A program made the translations under genes and the position numbers. Shown here piece after piece: positions 33,377-41,316 of a stretch of 54,202 nt of DNA. Numbering within the stretch: position 1 is the first letter of the stretch; every line of letters starts with the position of its first letter. Source of the stretch: Clostridia bacterium (GTDB lineage: Bacteria; Bacillota; Clostridia; Oscillospirales; CAG-272); contig JAFQNZ010000211.1 in assembly GCA_017395715.1 (NCBI GenBank), positions 1 through 54,202 on the forward strand. Direction: 5' to 3'. The notes beneath the pieces were generated by a model. The model saw only the letters and a list, made by a program, of their open reading frames with translations, ran no database searches and had not been told where the DNA came from.

Positions 33377-34459
33377 ATGAAGACCATCGAAACCATCCGC
33401 GCCATGATCGCCGAGAGCCGCGAAACCTACCGCGACACCGCCAACGCCACCCGCGAAGCCGTGAAGACCCTCGAAAGCATCTACCGCGAAACCATCGAAA
33501 AGACTCCCGCCGAGACCATCGCCGCATACGTTGCCGCCGTTGGTCATGATATGGCGGTGTGTGTCCTCGCTTCCCTCGTAAACCGTAGCGCGTGGGACGG
33601 GCGCATTTCTCGCCGTTGTGCTGAGTGGGCAAAGGCTCAGGAAAACGCATGGGATGAGGAAGCCGCCGAAAAGCTCTGGATTGGCTCTGACCGCATCCAC
33701 CGCGCCCACCTCGATCAACTCGCCGCCGCTATGATGGAATATCAGCCCGAAGAACCCGAAGAAGAAACCACCGAAGAACCGAAGGAGGAAACGCCCATGT
33801 TCCCGAACCTGACCGCCGCCGTCAATGCTCACTTTGATGAGAACGCCGCGAAATTCGCCGCCAACCTCGAAACCATTACCACAGGCGAAGCTCTCGCGGG
33901 TTGGTACTACCGTAACCGCATGACTCCCGCCGCGCTCCGTATGGCGCAGGAAATTGACCCCGCCGAACCTCTCCCCGCAAAGGTACGGGAAAAGATGGTT
34001 TCCCGCTTTCAGCGTGAGAACGAGAGCGACCGCCAGAAATACCTGCACAAGCTCGAAAGAGCCGCCAACGCTCCCGAACTCCGAGACCTGACCGTCTGCG
34101 TGGAATGGGCAAAAAGCCGCACCTGGGGCGCAAATCCCACCGCCACCGTTACCGCGAACGACTCGCACCACTACGAAACCACCGGCCACGCCAGCGGATG
34201 CGGCTATGATAAAGAAAGCGCCGCCATCGCCAGCGCCATGAACGCGAACGCCGCCGTTCTCCGCATCCTGTACACCCACGCCGAAAAGGGCGGGGAATTC
34301 GCTTATTCGGTGTACACGTTCGCAGGTCTGCCGTACTTTGACGGCGGGTGCGGTGTTTCCTGCTTCCGGAACGTCTTCGAGGGATGCGGCTATGAATGGC
34401 GCGACCTCGTGCACCGGAAAACCTTCGATTCCTACATGATGACCCCCGCGAACGCCTGA
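33377..34459 (+). CDS. Hypothetical protein (360 aa, GC-rich)
   Basis: RBS is GAGAGGAG. The C-terminal region carries GHASGCGYDKESAAIA and DGGCGVSCF motifs. I recognise no family. Confidence 0.7.
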   Translation: MKTIETIRAMIAESRETYRDTANATREAVKTLESIYRETIEKTPAETIAAYVAAVGHDMAVCVLASLVNRSAWDGRISRRCAEWAKAQENAWDEEAAEKLWIGSDRIHRAHLDQLAAAMMEYQPEEPEEETTEEPKEETPMFPNLTAAVNAHFDENAAKFAANLETITTGEALAGWYYRNRMTPAALRMAQEIDPAEPLPAKVREKMVSRFQRENESDRQKYLHKLERAANAPELRDLTVCVEWAKSRTWGANPTATVTANDSHHYETTGHASGCGYDKESAAIASAMNANAAVLRILYTHAEKGGEFAYSVYTFAGLPYFDGGCGVSCFRNVFEGCGYEWRDLVHRKTFDSYMMTPANA

Positions 34460-34473
34460 AAGGAGATCGACCC

Positions 34474-34725
34474 ATGAAAACCACTCTTTCCAAGCAATAC
34501 GAGAGCCGCCGCCCGTTGGTGGTTCTCCCTCTCTCCAATTTCGGAGGGCTTGCCATTCTCGACATACTCAGCGAGTGCGGCGATTCGATCATAATAGCCG
34601 CTTGGGATTTCGGCAGGGGCTACGAAAACACCCGCCGCTACACCGTCAAAGAAACCACCTCCGGCCGCTCTTTCATCCGAAAGGGAAACCGCCGTTTCTA
34701 CCTCGACCAAATGCAGAGAATTTGA
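34474..34725 (+). CDS. Hypothetical protein (83 aa)
   Basis: ATG at 34474 is preceded by gaaaggagatcgaccc. Confidence 0.6.
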   Translation: MKTTLSKQYESRRPLVVLPLSNFGGLAILDILSECGDSIIIAAWDFGRGYENTRRYTVKETTSGRSFIRKGNRRFYLDQMQRI

Positions 34726-34739
34726 AAGGAGATCGAACC

Positions 34740-35003
34740 ATGAACGAATTGACCACCCTTTGTAGAGAATACCGCGAACTCCAGCGCATGGGCGAAGAAA
34801 TCGCCGCCGAAATGGACGCTTTGAAAGATCGCATTCGCGCCGCCATGGGCGAAAATGACACCGTGACGGCGGGAGAATACAAGATCACAAACAAGGCCGT
34901 TTCAAGCTCCCGCCTTGACTCCGTAGCTCTGAAAAAGGCTCTGCCTGAGATCGCCGCACAATTTACGAAAACCACCGTTTCCCGGCGTTTCGTGATTTCG
35001 TGA
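34740..35003 (+). CDS. Hypothetical protein (87 aa)
   Basis: ATG at 34740 is preceded by the near-identical gaaaggagatcgaacc. Confidence 0.6.
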   Translation: MNELTTLCREYRELQRMGEEIAAEMDALKDRIRAAMGENDTVTAGEYKITNKAVSSSRLDSVALKKALPEIAAQFTKTTVSRRFVIS

Positions 35004-35016
35004 GGAGGTGCGCACC

Positions 35017-35301
35017 GTGTCGAAAATCTGTTACCAGCTTGTCACCGACCCCCGCGAGCATACCGCCGAATTTACCGACACCCGCCGAAAAATTCCCCTC
35101 GTCAAAGTGTGGGGAGATCGCCCCGAAGACCTCGCCACCGTATACCGCGCCGCCGCTTCCCATTTTCTCGAACTCGCCCACCTGAGCGAACACGCCGCCG
35201 AATTTGCCCCGCCTGAATACAGCGAGAGCGAACGCCGCGCCCAGTTCGACCGCCTGACCGAAGAAAACCCCGTTTCGATCTTCGAGGGGGTGAGCCTGTG
35301 A
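35017..35301 (+). CDS. Hypothetical protein (94 aa)
   Basis: GTG at 35017 lies 8 nt after GAGGAGG. Confidence 0.5.
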   Translation: MSKICYQLVTDPREHTAEFTDTRRKIPLVKVWGDRPEDLATVYRAAASHFLELAHLSEHAAEFAPPEYSESERRAQFDRLTEENPVSIFEGVSL

Positions 35302-35369
35302 CCGTTCTTCTCTGCGTGATCGTTCTTCCTCTCGTCATTCTCGCCGAACTGCTGAAAATCACCCATTGA
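35298..35369 (+). CDS. Possible 23-aa hydrophobic peptide
   Basis: GTGA overlap with the previous stop. Translation is VTVLLCVIVLPLVILAELLKITH. It is directly followed by terminators. Confidence 0.25.
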   Translation: MTVLLCVIVLPLVILAELLKITH

Positions 35370-35375
35370 CACCAA

Positions 35376-35404
35376 CCCCGCCCACCGTGGCGGGGCTTTT
35401 CTTT
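35376..35404 (+). terminator. Intrinsic terminator 1 of the plus-strand cluster
   Basis: Stem ccccgcc / ggcgggg followed by cttttcttt. Confidence 0.75.
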
Positions 35405-35440
35405 GCCCGTTCCCGCTCGCCGTGGGAATGGGCTTTTTCT
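35405..35440 (+). terminator. Intrinsic terminator 2 (tandem)
   Basis: Stem gcccgttccc / gggaatgggc (one G.U pair) followed by tttttct. Confidence 0.65.
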
Positions 35441-35930
35441 GCGCTGATGGAGGGGCTTCCGGGGCGTTCCCGCTCGGCCTGTGACCAAATACCCGCCGCC
35501 ACTCTCAGAGCCGCCCCAGATCGCCACCGGGAGCGCGAAAAGACGCACCTACGACACCCGCCACGGCTCCCTGAATCTCTCCCGAAATGCGGCCTTTCAT
35601 TTTAAGGCATCTGGCGGCCTTTCTGGGGCGTTTCTCTGTATACCCTTATAAAGGTATCGACCGACACCGCCGGGACGCTCTGGGACGGCTCCGGGCGCGT
35701 CTGTGAATGCGTGGCGGCTCTACATTTCAGAGCGGCGAAAACCTGCATTCCGGGCGCATTTGAGCACCCACCTCGAAAGCCGCCCATTTTTCAGGTCATT
35801 TTCTGCCGATTTTCCGATCATTTCCCGAAAGTATTACGGAAATATTAAGAGACCCGCTCCCTGTGCATTTCTGCGCCAGAGTGCGGGTCTGCGTGTCATA
35901 GTCGGAGAGTCGTAGTCGCTCGAAAGTCGT

Positions 35931-36512
35931 TTAAGAGTCGATAGTCGTAGAGTCGGTAAGATACCGCTTCCGCAGATCATCCTCGTTAAAGTCGCTCTCG
36001 TTCTGCGTGTTGGGGGTGAGCACCATTTCCTGCTTATCCTGATAGCCGAAGTTGTTCTTACCAAGGAAGATACCCGAAACAGGGTTGATTTTTCCGCTGT
36101 TCATGTAACTTTCCCACATATTTTCCATCAAAGAGTACGCCTTTTTTATGGAGTCCTTTACCTCGCTGGGCAAGTCCTCTATCCATCTGTTCGAGGTCTG
36201 CGCACCAACCTTGATTTCCCACAGTCTTCTCCTGTCCAAGCCAAGAGCCATGCCCATACCTGCCACGGTAGGTTTCATATCGTTCTCAGCATACAGCATG
36301 AAGAACTCGGTGAGTCGTTCAGCCACAGCTTCGGGGTCATGAAGATCGACCTTCGACATATTAAACAGTTTGATGTTCACACCAAGGATTTTCGCGTTAT
36401 CCCCTTCCTGCAACATCAGGCCGTTGTCTCCGATCATAGGAGAGTTGCCACCACGGGGCTTGCCCTTCGTCTTCACGACCTGCTCGCCCATATCCTGAAT
36501 TTCCTTGCTCAT
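35931..36512 (-). CDS. terS: Terminase small subunit (putative)
   Basis: 193 aa. The segment AERLTEFFMLYAENDMKPTVAGMGMALGLDRRRLWE is an HTH typical of small terminases. RBS is GAAAGGAGCG. Confidence 0.55.
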   Translation of the reverse strand: MSKEIQDMGEQVVKTKGKPRGGNSPMIGDNGLMLQEGDNAKILGVNIKLFNMSKVDLHDPEAVAERLTEFFMLYAENDMKPTVAGMGMALGLDRRRLWEIKVGAQTSNRWIEDLPSEVKDSIKKAYSLMENMWESYMNSGKINPVSGIFLGKNNFGYQDKQEMVLTPNTQNESDFNEDDLRKRYLTDSTTIDS

Positions 36513-36530
36513 TTGCGCTCCTTTCCGCTT

Positions 36531-36738
36531 AGGGAAGAAAGGGAATATTTTTTACGCAGAGCTTTTATATAGCGTATATAGCTTTATATATTCTCTTACA
36601 CGTTATCTTCTTAAAATATTCCCTAATTTCCCTATCTATAAAATCTCTTACACGATACCTTTTTAAAAGTTCCCATTCTTCCCTGAGAGTCGAAAGTCCT
36701 TATGCGTTAGATGAACGAAAAAGTTCCCTTTCTTCCCA
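36531..36738. repeat. Phased, iteron-like repeats upstream of terS
   Basis: A 21-bp element AAAA(T/G)(A)TTCCC(T/A)(T/A)T(T/C)TTCCC occurs at 36613-36633, 36665-36684 and 36718-36738, and inverted at 36531-36553. Larger units of about 42 bp lie at 36592-36633 and 36644-36684 (period 52 bp). Confidence 0.75.
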
Positions 36739-36740
36739 AG

Positions 36741-36962
36741 TTATAAATTGACGCATGACAACCACTCTGCAAAATCTTCGAGTGTTTGCTTATCAGGAGT
36801 CAACCAACTTGCACTCGCCCTGTCATCTGAGAACTCATAATACAGCCTTTCGACCGTACCTGCGTGTACATTGAGCTTACCATGTTCATTGAGATACCTC
36901 ATGATCTTCTCCATATCCGCAGGATGATCGAGCGTATAGTCGTATTTTTCATAGACTTTCAT
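36741..36962 (-). CDS. Hypothetical protein (73 aa)
   Basis: ATG at 36962 is preceded by GGAGGG. ATGA overlap with the upstream small ORF. Confidence 0.55.
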   Translation of the reverse strand: MKVYEKYDYTLDHPADMEKIMRYLNEHGKLNVHAGTVERLYYEFSDDRASASWLTPDKQTLEDFAEWLSCVNL

Positions 36963-37138
36963 GACTTTTTCCCTCCAAATAAGGCGATGATATAGCTGTC
37001 CGCAAGCTCCATCGCTTGCTTCGGTGTGAAGCCCTCTTTCAAGCCGCATTCGTAGAACCAACGGCACATACGCACGGTGACGTGAATGCTATCGAATACA
37101 GCCTGAGCTTCGGGATTCAATTTAGGCTGTTCAGGCAT
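36959..37138 (-). CDS. Hypothetical protein (59 aa, below the ORF-track cutoff)
   Basis: ATG at 37138 is preceded by AAGGAGGTG. Translation begins MPEQPKLNPEAQAVFDSIHVTVRMCRWFYECGLKEGF... Confidence 0.55.
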   Translation of the reverse strand: MPEQPKLNPEAQAVFDSIHVTVRMCRWFYECGLKEGFTPKQAMELADSYIIALFGGKKS

Positions 37139-37150
37139 AAGTACACCTCC

Positions 37151-37513
37151 TTAGTTATCACCATACACGGCAATGACTTTACGCCAATACGGTTCATACT
37201 TGGCTACCTCAGCTTTCACCATGGCATCGAACTCGCTGTCAGAAAGTTCGGAGGTCTCCTTGTTATTCAGAGCATCGCTCACGGCTTCCTCGAACTCATC
37301 CTTATCGGTGAAAACCGTCTCTCCATCGTAAGGCGTGTGAGTATCAAGAATGAAGTCGATTGTACAATGCACCGAGGAGCAGTACATCCAACCATATTCA
37401 CCGCCGGGGTTTGCTTCGTCACCCGCCAAGACCACGATAGGCAGGTCGGGATTTTCCGCAATGAGCTTGCGAAGCTCCGATGCGTCATGAATCAATCCAA
37501 GATTATCAGTCAT
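37151..37513 (-). CDS. Hypothetical protein (120 aa)
   Basis: ATG at 37513 is preceded by AGGAGG. Confidence 0.6.
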   Translation of the reverse strand: MTDNLGLIHDASELRKLIAENPDLPIVVLAGDEANPGGEYGWMYCSSVHCTIDFILDTHTPYDGETVFTDKDEFEEAVSDALNNKETSELSDSEFDAMVKAEVAKYEPYWRKVIAVYGDN

Positions 37514-37760
37514 GAGATACCTCCTGCGATGCTCTCGTGTTCCAAAGTTCTTTCGCTTCTTCGTATCCATTGCGGATGAAGGAGACCTCACCGCAGTTCA
37601 AGACGAAGGTGCTTTCACGGGTAAAACCGATCTTACAGGAGTCACAGCCAATGAAGAAAGAAGCCGTATACTCTCCGCTTCCCTTATGACCGCTACTCTT
37701 TTTCTGCATAGTTGCTTCCTTGCCGCAGAAAGGACAGGTTTTCAATTCATTTTGCTTCAT
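37506..37760 (-). CDS. Lar-like restriction alleviation protein (zinc ribbon)
   Basis: LKTCPFCGKEA...GCDSCKIG...AKELWNTRA matches the Lar-family pattern. Confidence 0.55.
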   Translation of the reverse strand: MKQNELKTCPFCGKEATMQKKSSGHKGSGEYTASFFIGCDSCKIGFTRESTFVLNCGEVSFIRNGYEEAKELWNTRASQEVSHD

Positions 37761-37941
37761 GGTCTTTCACATACTCCTTTACATAGTAGATGAGGGTAGA
37801 AAGCATATCCGCTCGCTTGAAGTAGATAGCTCGAATCCCTGCATTATTGGAACACTCACTGAGATAGTTCGCGGTGAGAAGTTCTTTCTGCGCTTGTTCC
37901 AAGGCTTTCGGGATTTCCTTCTTCTCATAATCACTCAGCAT
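37747..37941 (-). CDS. Hypothetical protein (64 aa)
   Basis: ATG at 37941, preceded by an AGGTGGA RBS. Confidence 0.5.
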   Translation of the reverse strand: MLSDYEKKEIPKALEQAQKELLTANYLSECSNNAGIRAIYFKRADMLSTLIYYVKEYVKDHEAK

Positions 37942-38308
37942 GAGGAATCCACCTGTCATTGTTCGGAGTTGCCCACTTCGACTCCCGCTTCTCCTCATCC
38001 TTGTAGTCGATGATCTCCACAGCCACCATCATGTCGCAGAGGTCATCGAAGTCGATGTTGTCTACGGGCAGGATGTTCTCACCATTCCTCAGAGTGAAGG
38101 AGTAGCGGTCATCCTCGTAGTAGGTGAAGCCGCAGTCGCTTTCGAGCTTGCAGGGGTCATAGAGGTAGTCGATAGCCGCATTGAGAATCGAAGTGCCACG
38201 GGCGTTGCCGCCGATCTCGAAGGTAACGTGACCAACGAACTCGCGCTTCATCAGGGTAATACGGCAGGTGTGGACACCAAGGCCGTATCCGATCTTGTAC
38301 TTATCCAT
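37931..38308 (-). CDS. Hypothetical protein (125 aa)
   Basis: ORF in the co-directional array. Confidence 0.6.
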   Translation of the reverse strand: MDKYKIGYGLGVHTCRITLMKREFVGHVTFEIGGNARGTSILNAAIDYLYDPCKLESDCGFTYYEDDRYSFTLRNGENILPVDNIDFDDLCDMMVAVEIIDYKDEEKRESKWATPNNDRWIPHAE

Positions 38309-38320
38309 TAGGAAACCTCC

Positions 38321-38596
38321 TTACATTTCGTGGCTCGTGAGCACTTCGATTTCGGTGACGTTCTCGAAGCGAATCTGATTGGTGATCTTCACCTTGGACT
38401 GCGGCATCACATCGAAGGTAGTCACGATCACGTCTCCACCCTCGGTCTCAGCGATGTGGAACTCAGAACAGGGATAACCACGGTATACGAACTGGTGTCT
38501 GTTCGCCGCCACATAGCGATTCGTGAAAATCATGTGGCATCCGACAACGGAATCCTTACGGGTACGGATAATGGCTACGCTGTTCTGATAGCTCAT
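38321..38596 (-). CDS. Hypothetical protein (91 aa)
   Basis: ORF with an ATGA overlap to the upstream small ORF. Confidence 0.6.
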   Translation of the reverse strand: MSYQNSVAIIRTRKDSVVGCHMIFTNRYVAANRHQFVYRGYPCSEFHIAETEGGDVIVTTFDVMPQSKVKITNQIRFENVTEIEVLTSHEM

Positions 38597-38727
38597 GTGT
38601 TCTTACCTCCGCACTTGAAGCATCGCCAACCGAACAGGCCGTGCGGGTAGAGGTTCACGTTCTTGCGCTTGCACTTCGGGCAGACGGCGAGACGCTTGAT
38701 ACCAGTACGCTTCTTAATCAGCTTCAT
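38593..38727 (-). CDS. Zinc-ribbon mini-protein (44 aa, below the ORF-track cutoff)
   Basis: ATG at 38727 is preceded by AAAGGAGTGAGGAAG. Translation is MKLIKKRTGIKRLAVCPKCKRKNVNLYPHGLFGWRCFKCGGKNT. Confidence 0.5.
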   Translation of the reverse strand: MKLIKKRTGIKRLAVCPKCKRKNVNLYPHGLFGWRCFKCGGKNT

Positions 38728-39592
38728 CTTCCTCACTCCTTTCAAGGCTCTGACGAAGGGTTGCACCAACGGTGTTGTAGATCAAGGCGGCAACGGTCAT
38801 CGCACCTACACCGCCGGGAACAGGGGTAATGTGCTCCGCGACCTCTTTGACTGCATCAAAGTCCACGTCTCCGCAGAGCTTGCCGTCTACACGGTTGATA
38901 CCAACATCCACCACAGCGGCACCCGGCTTCACCATGTCGGCGGTGATGAACTTCGGCTTACCCACAGCTACGATGAGCATATCGGCTTGACGGGTGAAGC
39001 TCGCAAGGTCAGCGGTCTTCGAGTGGCAGACGGTCACGGTCGCGTCCTTCTGGAGCAGGAGTTGCATCAGGGGCTTACCCACGAGTTTGCTTCTGCCCAC
39101 GATGACAACGTGCTTTCCTGCAAGGTCGCGCAGACCGTATTCGGTAAGCAGGACACCGATACCGAGGGGCGTACAGGGCGGGTAGAACTGCTCCACTTCC
39201 ATCTGAGCAAGATAGCCCTGATTGAAAGCTGTCAGGCCGTCCACATCCTTGATGGGGTCGATGTGATTGATGAAGTAGTTCTCGTCCAGATGGGGCGGGA
39301 GAGGAAGCTGGAGGATGATACCGTTGACGCTTTTATCCTCATTGAGAGAAGTGATCGCGTCCACGAGTTCTTCGGGGGAACAGTCAGCCGCAAGGTGCTT
39401 CTCGATGAACTTGATGTTCATTCCCTCACAGGCTTTCTTCTTATTGCGCACATAGACCTGACTCGCGGTATCATCGCCAACGGAGACAACCGCCAAGCAG
39501 GGCTGATAGTTGAAATCGGTGAGCATTTCCACGGTGCTCTGCATTTCTTCTTTCCAAGAGCGAGCAACCGCTTTTCCATCCATGATCGTCAT
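38714..39592 (-). CDS. folD: Bifunctional methylene-THF dehydrogenase / methenyl-THF cyclohydrolase
   Basis: Full-length match to the FolD pattern: VGDDTASQVYVRNKKKA, ILQLPLP, DVDG, VVIVGRSKLVGKPL, ITPVPGGVGAMT. Confidence 0.85.
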   Translation of the reverse strand: MTIMDGKAVARSWKEEMQSTVEMLTDFNYQPCLAVVSVGDDTASQVYVRNKKKACEGMNIKFIEKHLAADCSPEELVDAITSLNEDKSVNGIILQLPLPPHLDENYFINHIDPIKDVDGLTAFNQGYLAQMEVEQFYPPCTPLGIGVLLTEYGLRDLAGKHVVIVGRSKLVGKPLMQLLLQKDATVTVCHSKTADLASFTRQADMLIVAVGKPKFITADMVKPGAAVVDVGINRVDGKLCGDVDFDAVKEVAEHITPVPGGVGAMTVAALIYNTVGATLRQSLERSEEDEAD

Positions 39593-39798
39593 TTGGATTT
39601 CTCCCTTTCTTTTCGTTTTTCAATGGCTTTCTGTACGCAGGGGTCTTTGTCGGTAACGATTCGACCGCTTGCACACTTCACACATTGGATTCGCCATTTG
39701 TTGCCGCTCTGTCCCCACCGACGTTCAAAGTGACCGTATCCGGCGGGGACATAAGCTCCGCATTTGTAGCAATGGCCGGGGTACATATTTCTGGCCAC
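39589..39798 (-). CDS. Zinc-finger small protein
   Basis: CYKCG...CVKCASG in 69 aa. Confidence 0.55.
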   Translation of the reverse strand: MARNMYPGHCYKCGAYVPAGYGHFERRWGQSGNKWRIQCVKCASGRIVTDKDPCVQKAIEKRKEREKSK

Positions 39799-39810
39799 GA
39801 ACCTTCCTCC

Positions 39811-41316
39811 TTACGTCAGATGGACGCATCCATCATTCTGTTTGTTCGGTTCAATGTCCAAGCCCCACACGAACCACTCGTTCGCCTTGCGAATCGGGAA
39901 ACCACGCATTGCGATCTCGTTGTAGAACGTAGTAGAACCAATAGGGTGATACTTGTTCTCTGCCTTACAGCACCACGCACGGTAGGCCGCATAGAGAGAA
40001 CCGCGAACGACCTTCTTGTCTTCACCAAGGACACAGCACTCATCAAGGAAGTTGCCGATACGGTCGTGCATCTTGCGATAGTTCGCAGTAGCAGAGCGAA
40101 CGCATTCGGGAGGATTCAGGCCGTTCTTCATGTAATCCTCACAGCCATCGAACAGCCACTTCAAGATCGTGGGGCGGTTCTCAGGACGAGCGAAGATCTC
40201 TTTCAGGTCTTTATCCTGCGTCTTCTCATCGAAGTGCTGATTGAACTCGATGACCCAAATACGATTCGAGGAGAACACGGTATCATCGGTCACGGCGGGA
40301 AGATGGTTGGTATTGAGCCAAAGGGTGAATTGCGGTACGAAGGAGAACGAGCTTTCAAACAGGTCACGGGTGACGAGGGTGTCACGACCCGTCATGGTCT
40401 TCATGCTCGCCGCATCCAAGCGTACATCCTTCGAGGACTCAGCCATAGTCACAAGGCGTGTACCCACGAGCTTTGCAAGGGTGGGCTGAGGGGCGTTGAA
40501 GTCGGTAGACCTGCCCGTTTTGCTCTCACAGATGAGATCGGTGGGAGCGGAATCAGCATAGTCTTCGCCGAGCACCGTACAGATGGTGGAGAACAGCGTA
40601 CCCTTGCCGTTTCGGGTCTTCGAGCCGTAGGCGATGAACATACACTCCTCACGGTTGACACCGAGGATGGAGTAGCCCAAAGCCCTTTGCAGGAATGCGG
40701 CCTTTTCCTTATCACCGCTCATGATCTGGTCGATGTAGGTGTACCACCGCTCACAGGTCGGCGTGAGGAAATCAGGCAGGGCGCAGGTGGTCTTCTTGGT
40801 GACATTGAAAGGGATAATGTCTTCTACGATCTCGCCCGTTTTCAGGTCGTAGGCATGGCGGGTGGTGTTGAGCAGGTAGGGATTGGAGTTCATATCCTTC
40901 AAGGGCATACGCACCATGGTTTTCAGAACTTCCATGATATTGCGCATAGAGGTGAACTTTCGGATGGACTTGATGTACTTGTGGTAGTCATCAATGAACT
41001 CGTCTTCTTCCTTCTCATCCTTGGCCTTGATCTCTTTGCAGTAGAGCACGAGCAGGTTCAGCAGGGTTTGCAGACGGTCGGAGATTGCACCGTTCTCACC
41101 CTGTTTCCTCCAACAGCCATCCCAAATGTACCAGTAGCCGTTCTGAGGACAGAAGCGAATGGAATCCTTATACACATCGCTCATCAGGGTAGCCATACCA
41201 ATGTCATCCCAAGTGTAGACATTGCTCTGATGGGGATGGACGCTCATCAGCGTTTCCATGATCTCGGACATACCCTCATCTTCGATGATCTGTCCGTTCG
41301 CCATTTCGTAGTTCAT
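39811..41316 (-). CDS. D5/P4-type primase-associated SF3 helicase (NTPase)
   Basis: Walker A GSKTRNGKGT, plus a D5_N-like region and a C-terminal winged-helix-like end. 501 aa. Confidence 0.75.
   Translation of the reverse strand: MNYEMANGQIIEDEGMSEIMETLMSVHPHQSNVYTWDDIGMATLMSDVYKDSIRFCPQNGYWYIWDGCWRKQGENGAISDRLQTLLNLLVLYCKEIKAKDEKEEDEFIDDYHKYIKSIRKFTSMRNIMEVLKTMVRMPLKDMNSNPYLLNTTRHAYDLKTGEIVEDIIPFNVTKKTTCALPDFLTPTCERWYTYIDQIMSGDKEKAAFLQRALGYSILGVNREECMFIAYGSKTRNGKGTLFSTICTVLGEDYADSAPTDLICESKTGRSTDFNAPQPTLAKLVGTRLVTMAESSKDVRLDAASMKTMTGRDTLVTRDLFESSFSFVPQFTLWLNTNHLPAVTDDTVFSSNRIWVIEFNQHFDEKTQDKDLKEIFARPENRPTILKWLFDGCEDYMKNGLNPPECVRSATANYRKMHDRIGNFLDECCVLGEDKKVVRGSLYAAYRAWCCKAENKYHPIGSTTFYNEIAMRGFPIRKANEWFVWGLDIEPNKQNDGCVHLT

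Larger units (their letters stand above)
31520..35930. mobile_element. Candidate acquired island (moron or mobile insertion) splitting terS from terL
   Basis: Has its own divergent promoters and tandem terminators, a small serine recombinase, a visibly GC-rich plus-strand cluster, and about 0.5 kb of noncoding DNA. Confidence 0.4.

Noticed and set aside
36531-36738. Phased repeats considered as a CRISPR array.
   Set aside because: The repeats are about 21 bp, imperfect and AT-rich, with only three direct copies plus one inverted copy. Part of the spacer sequence is itself repeated. No cas genes are present.
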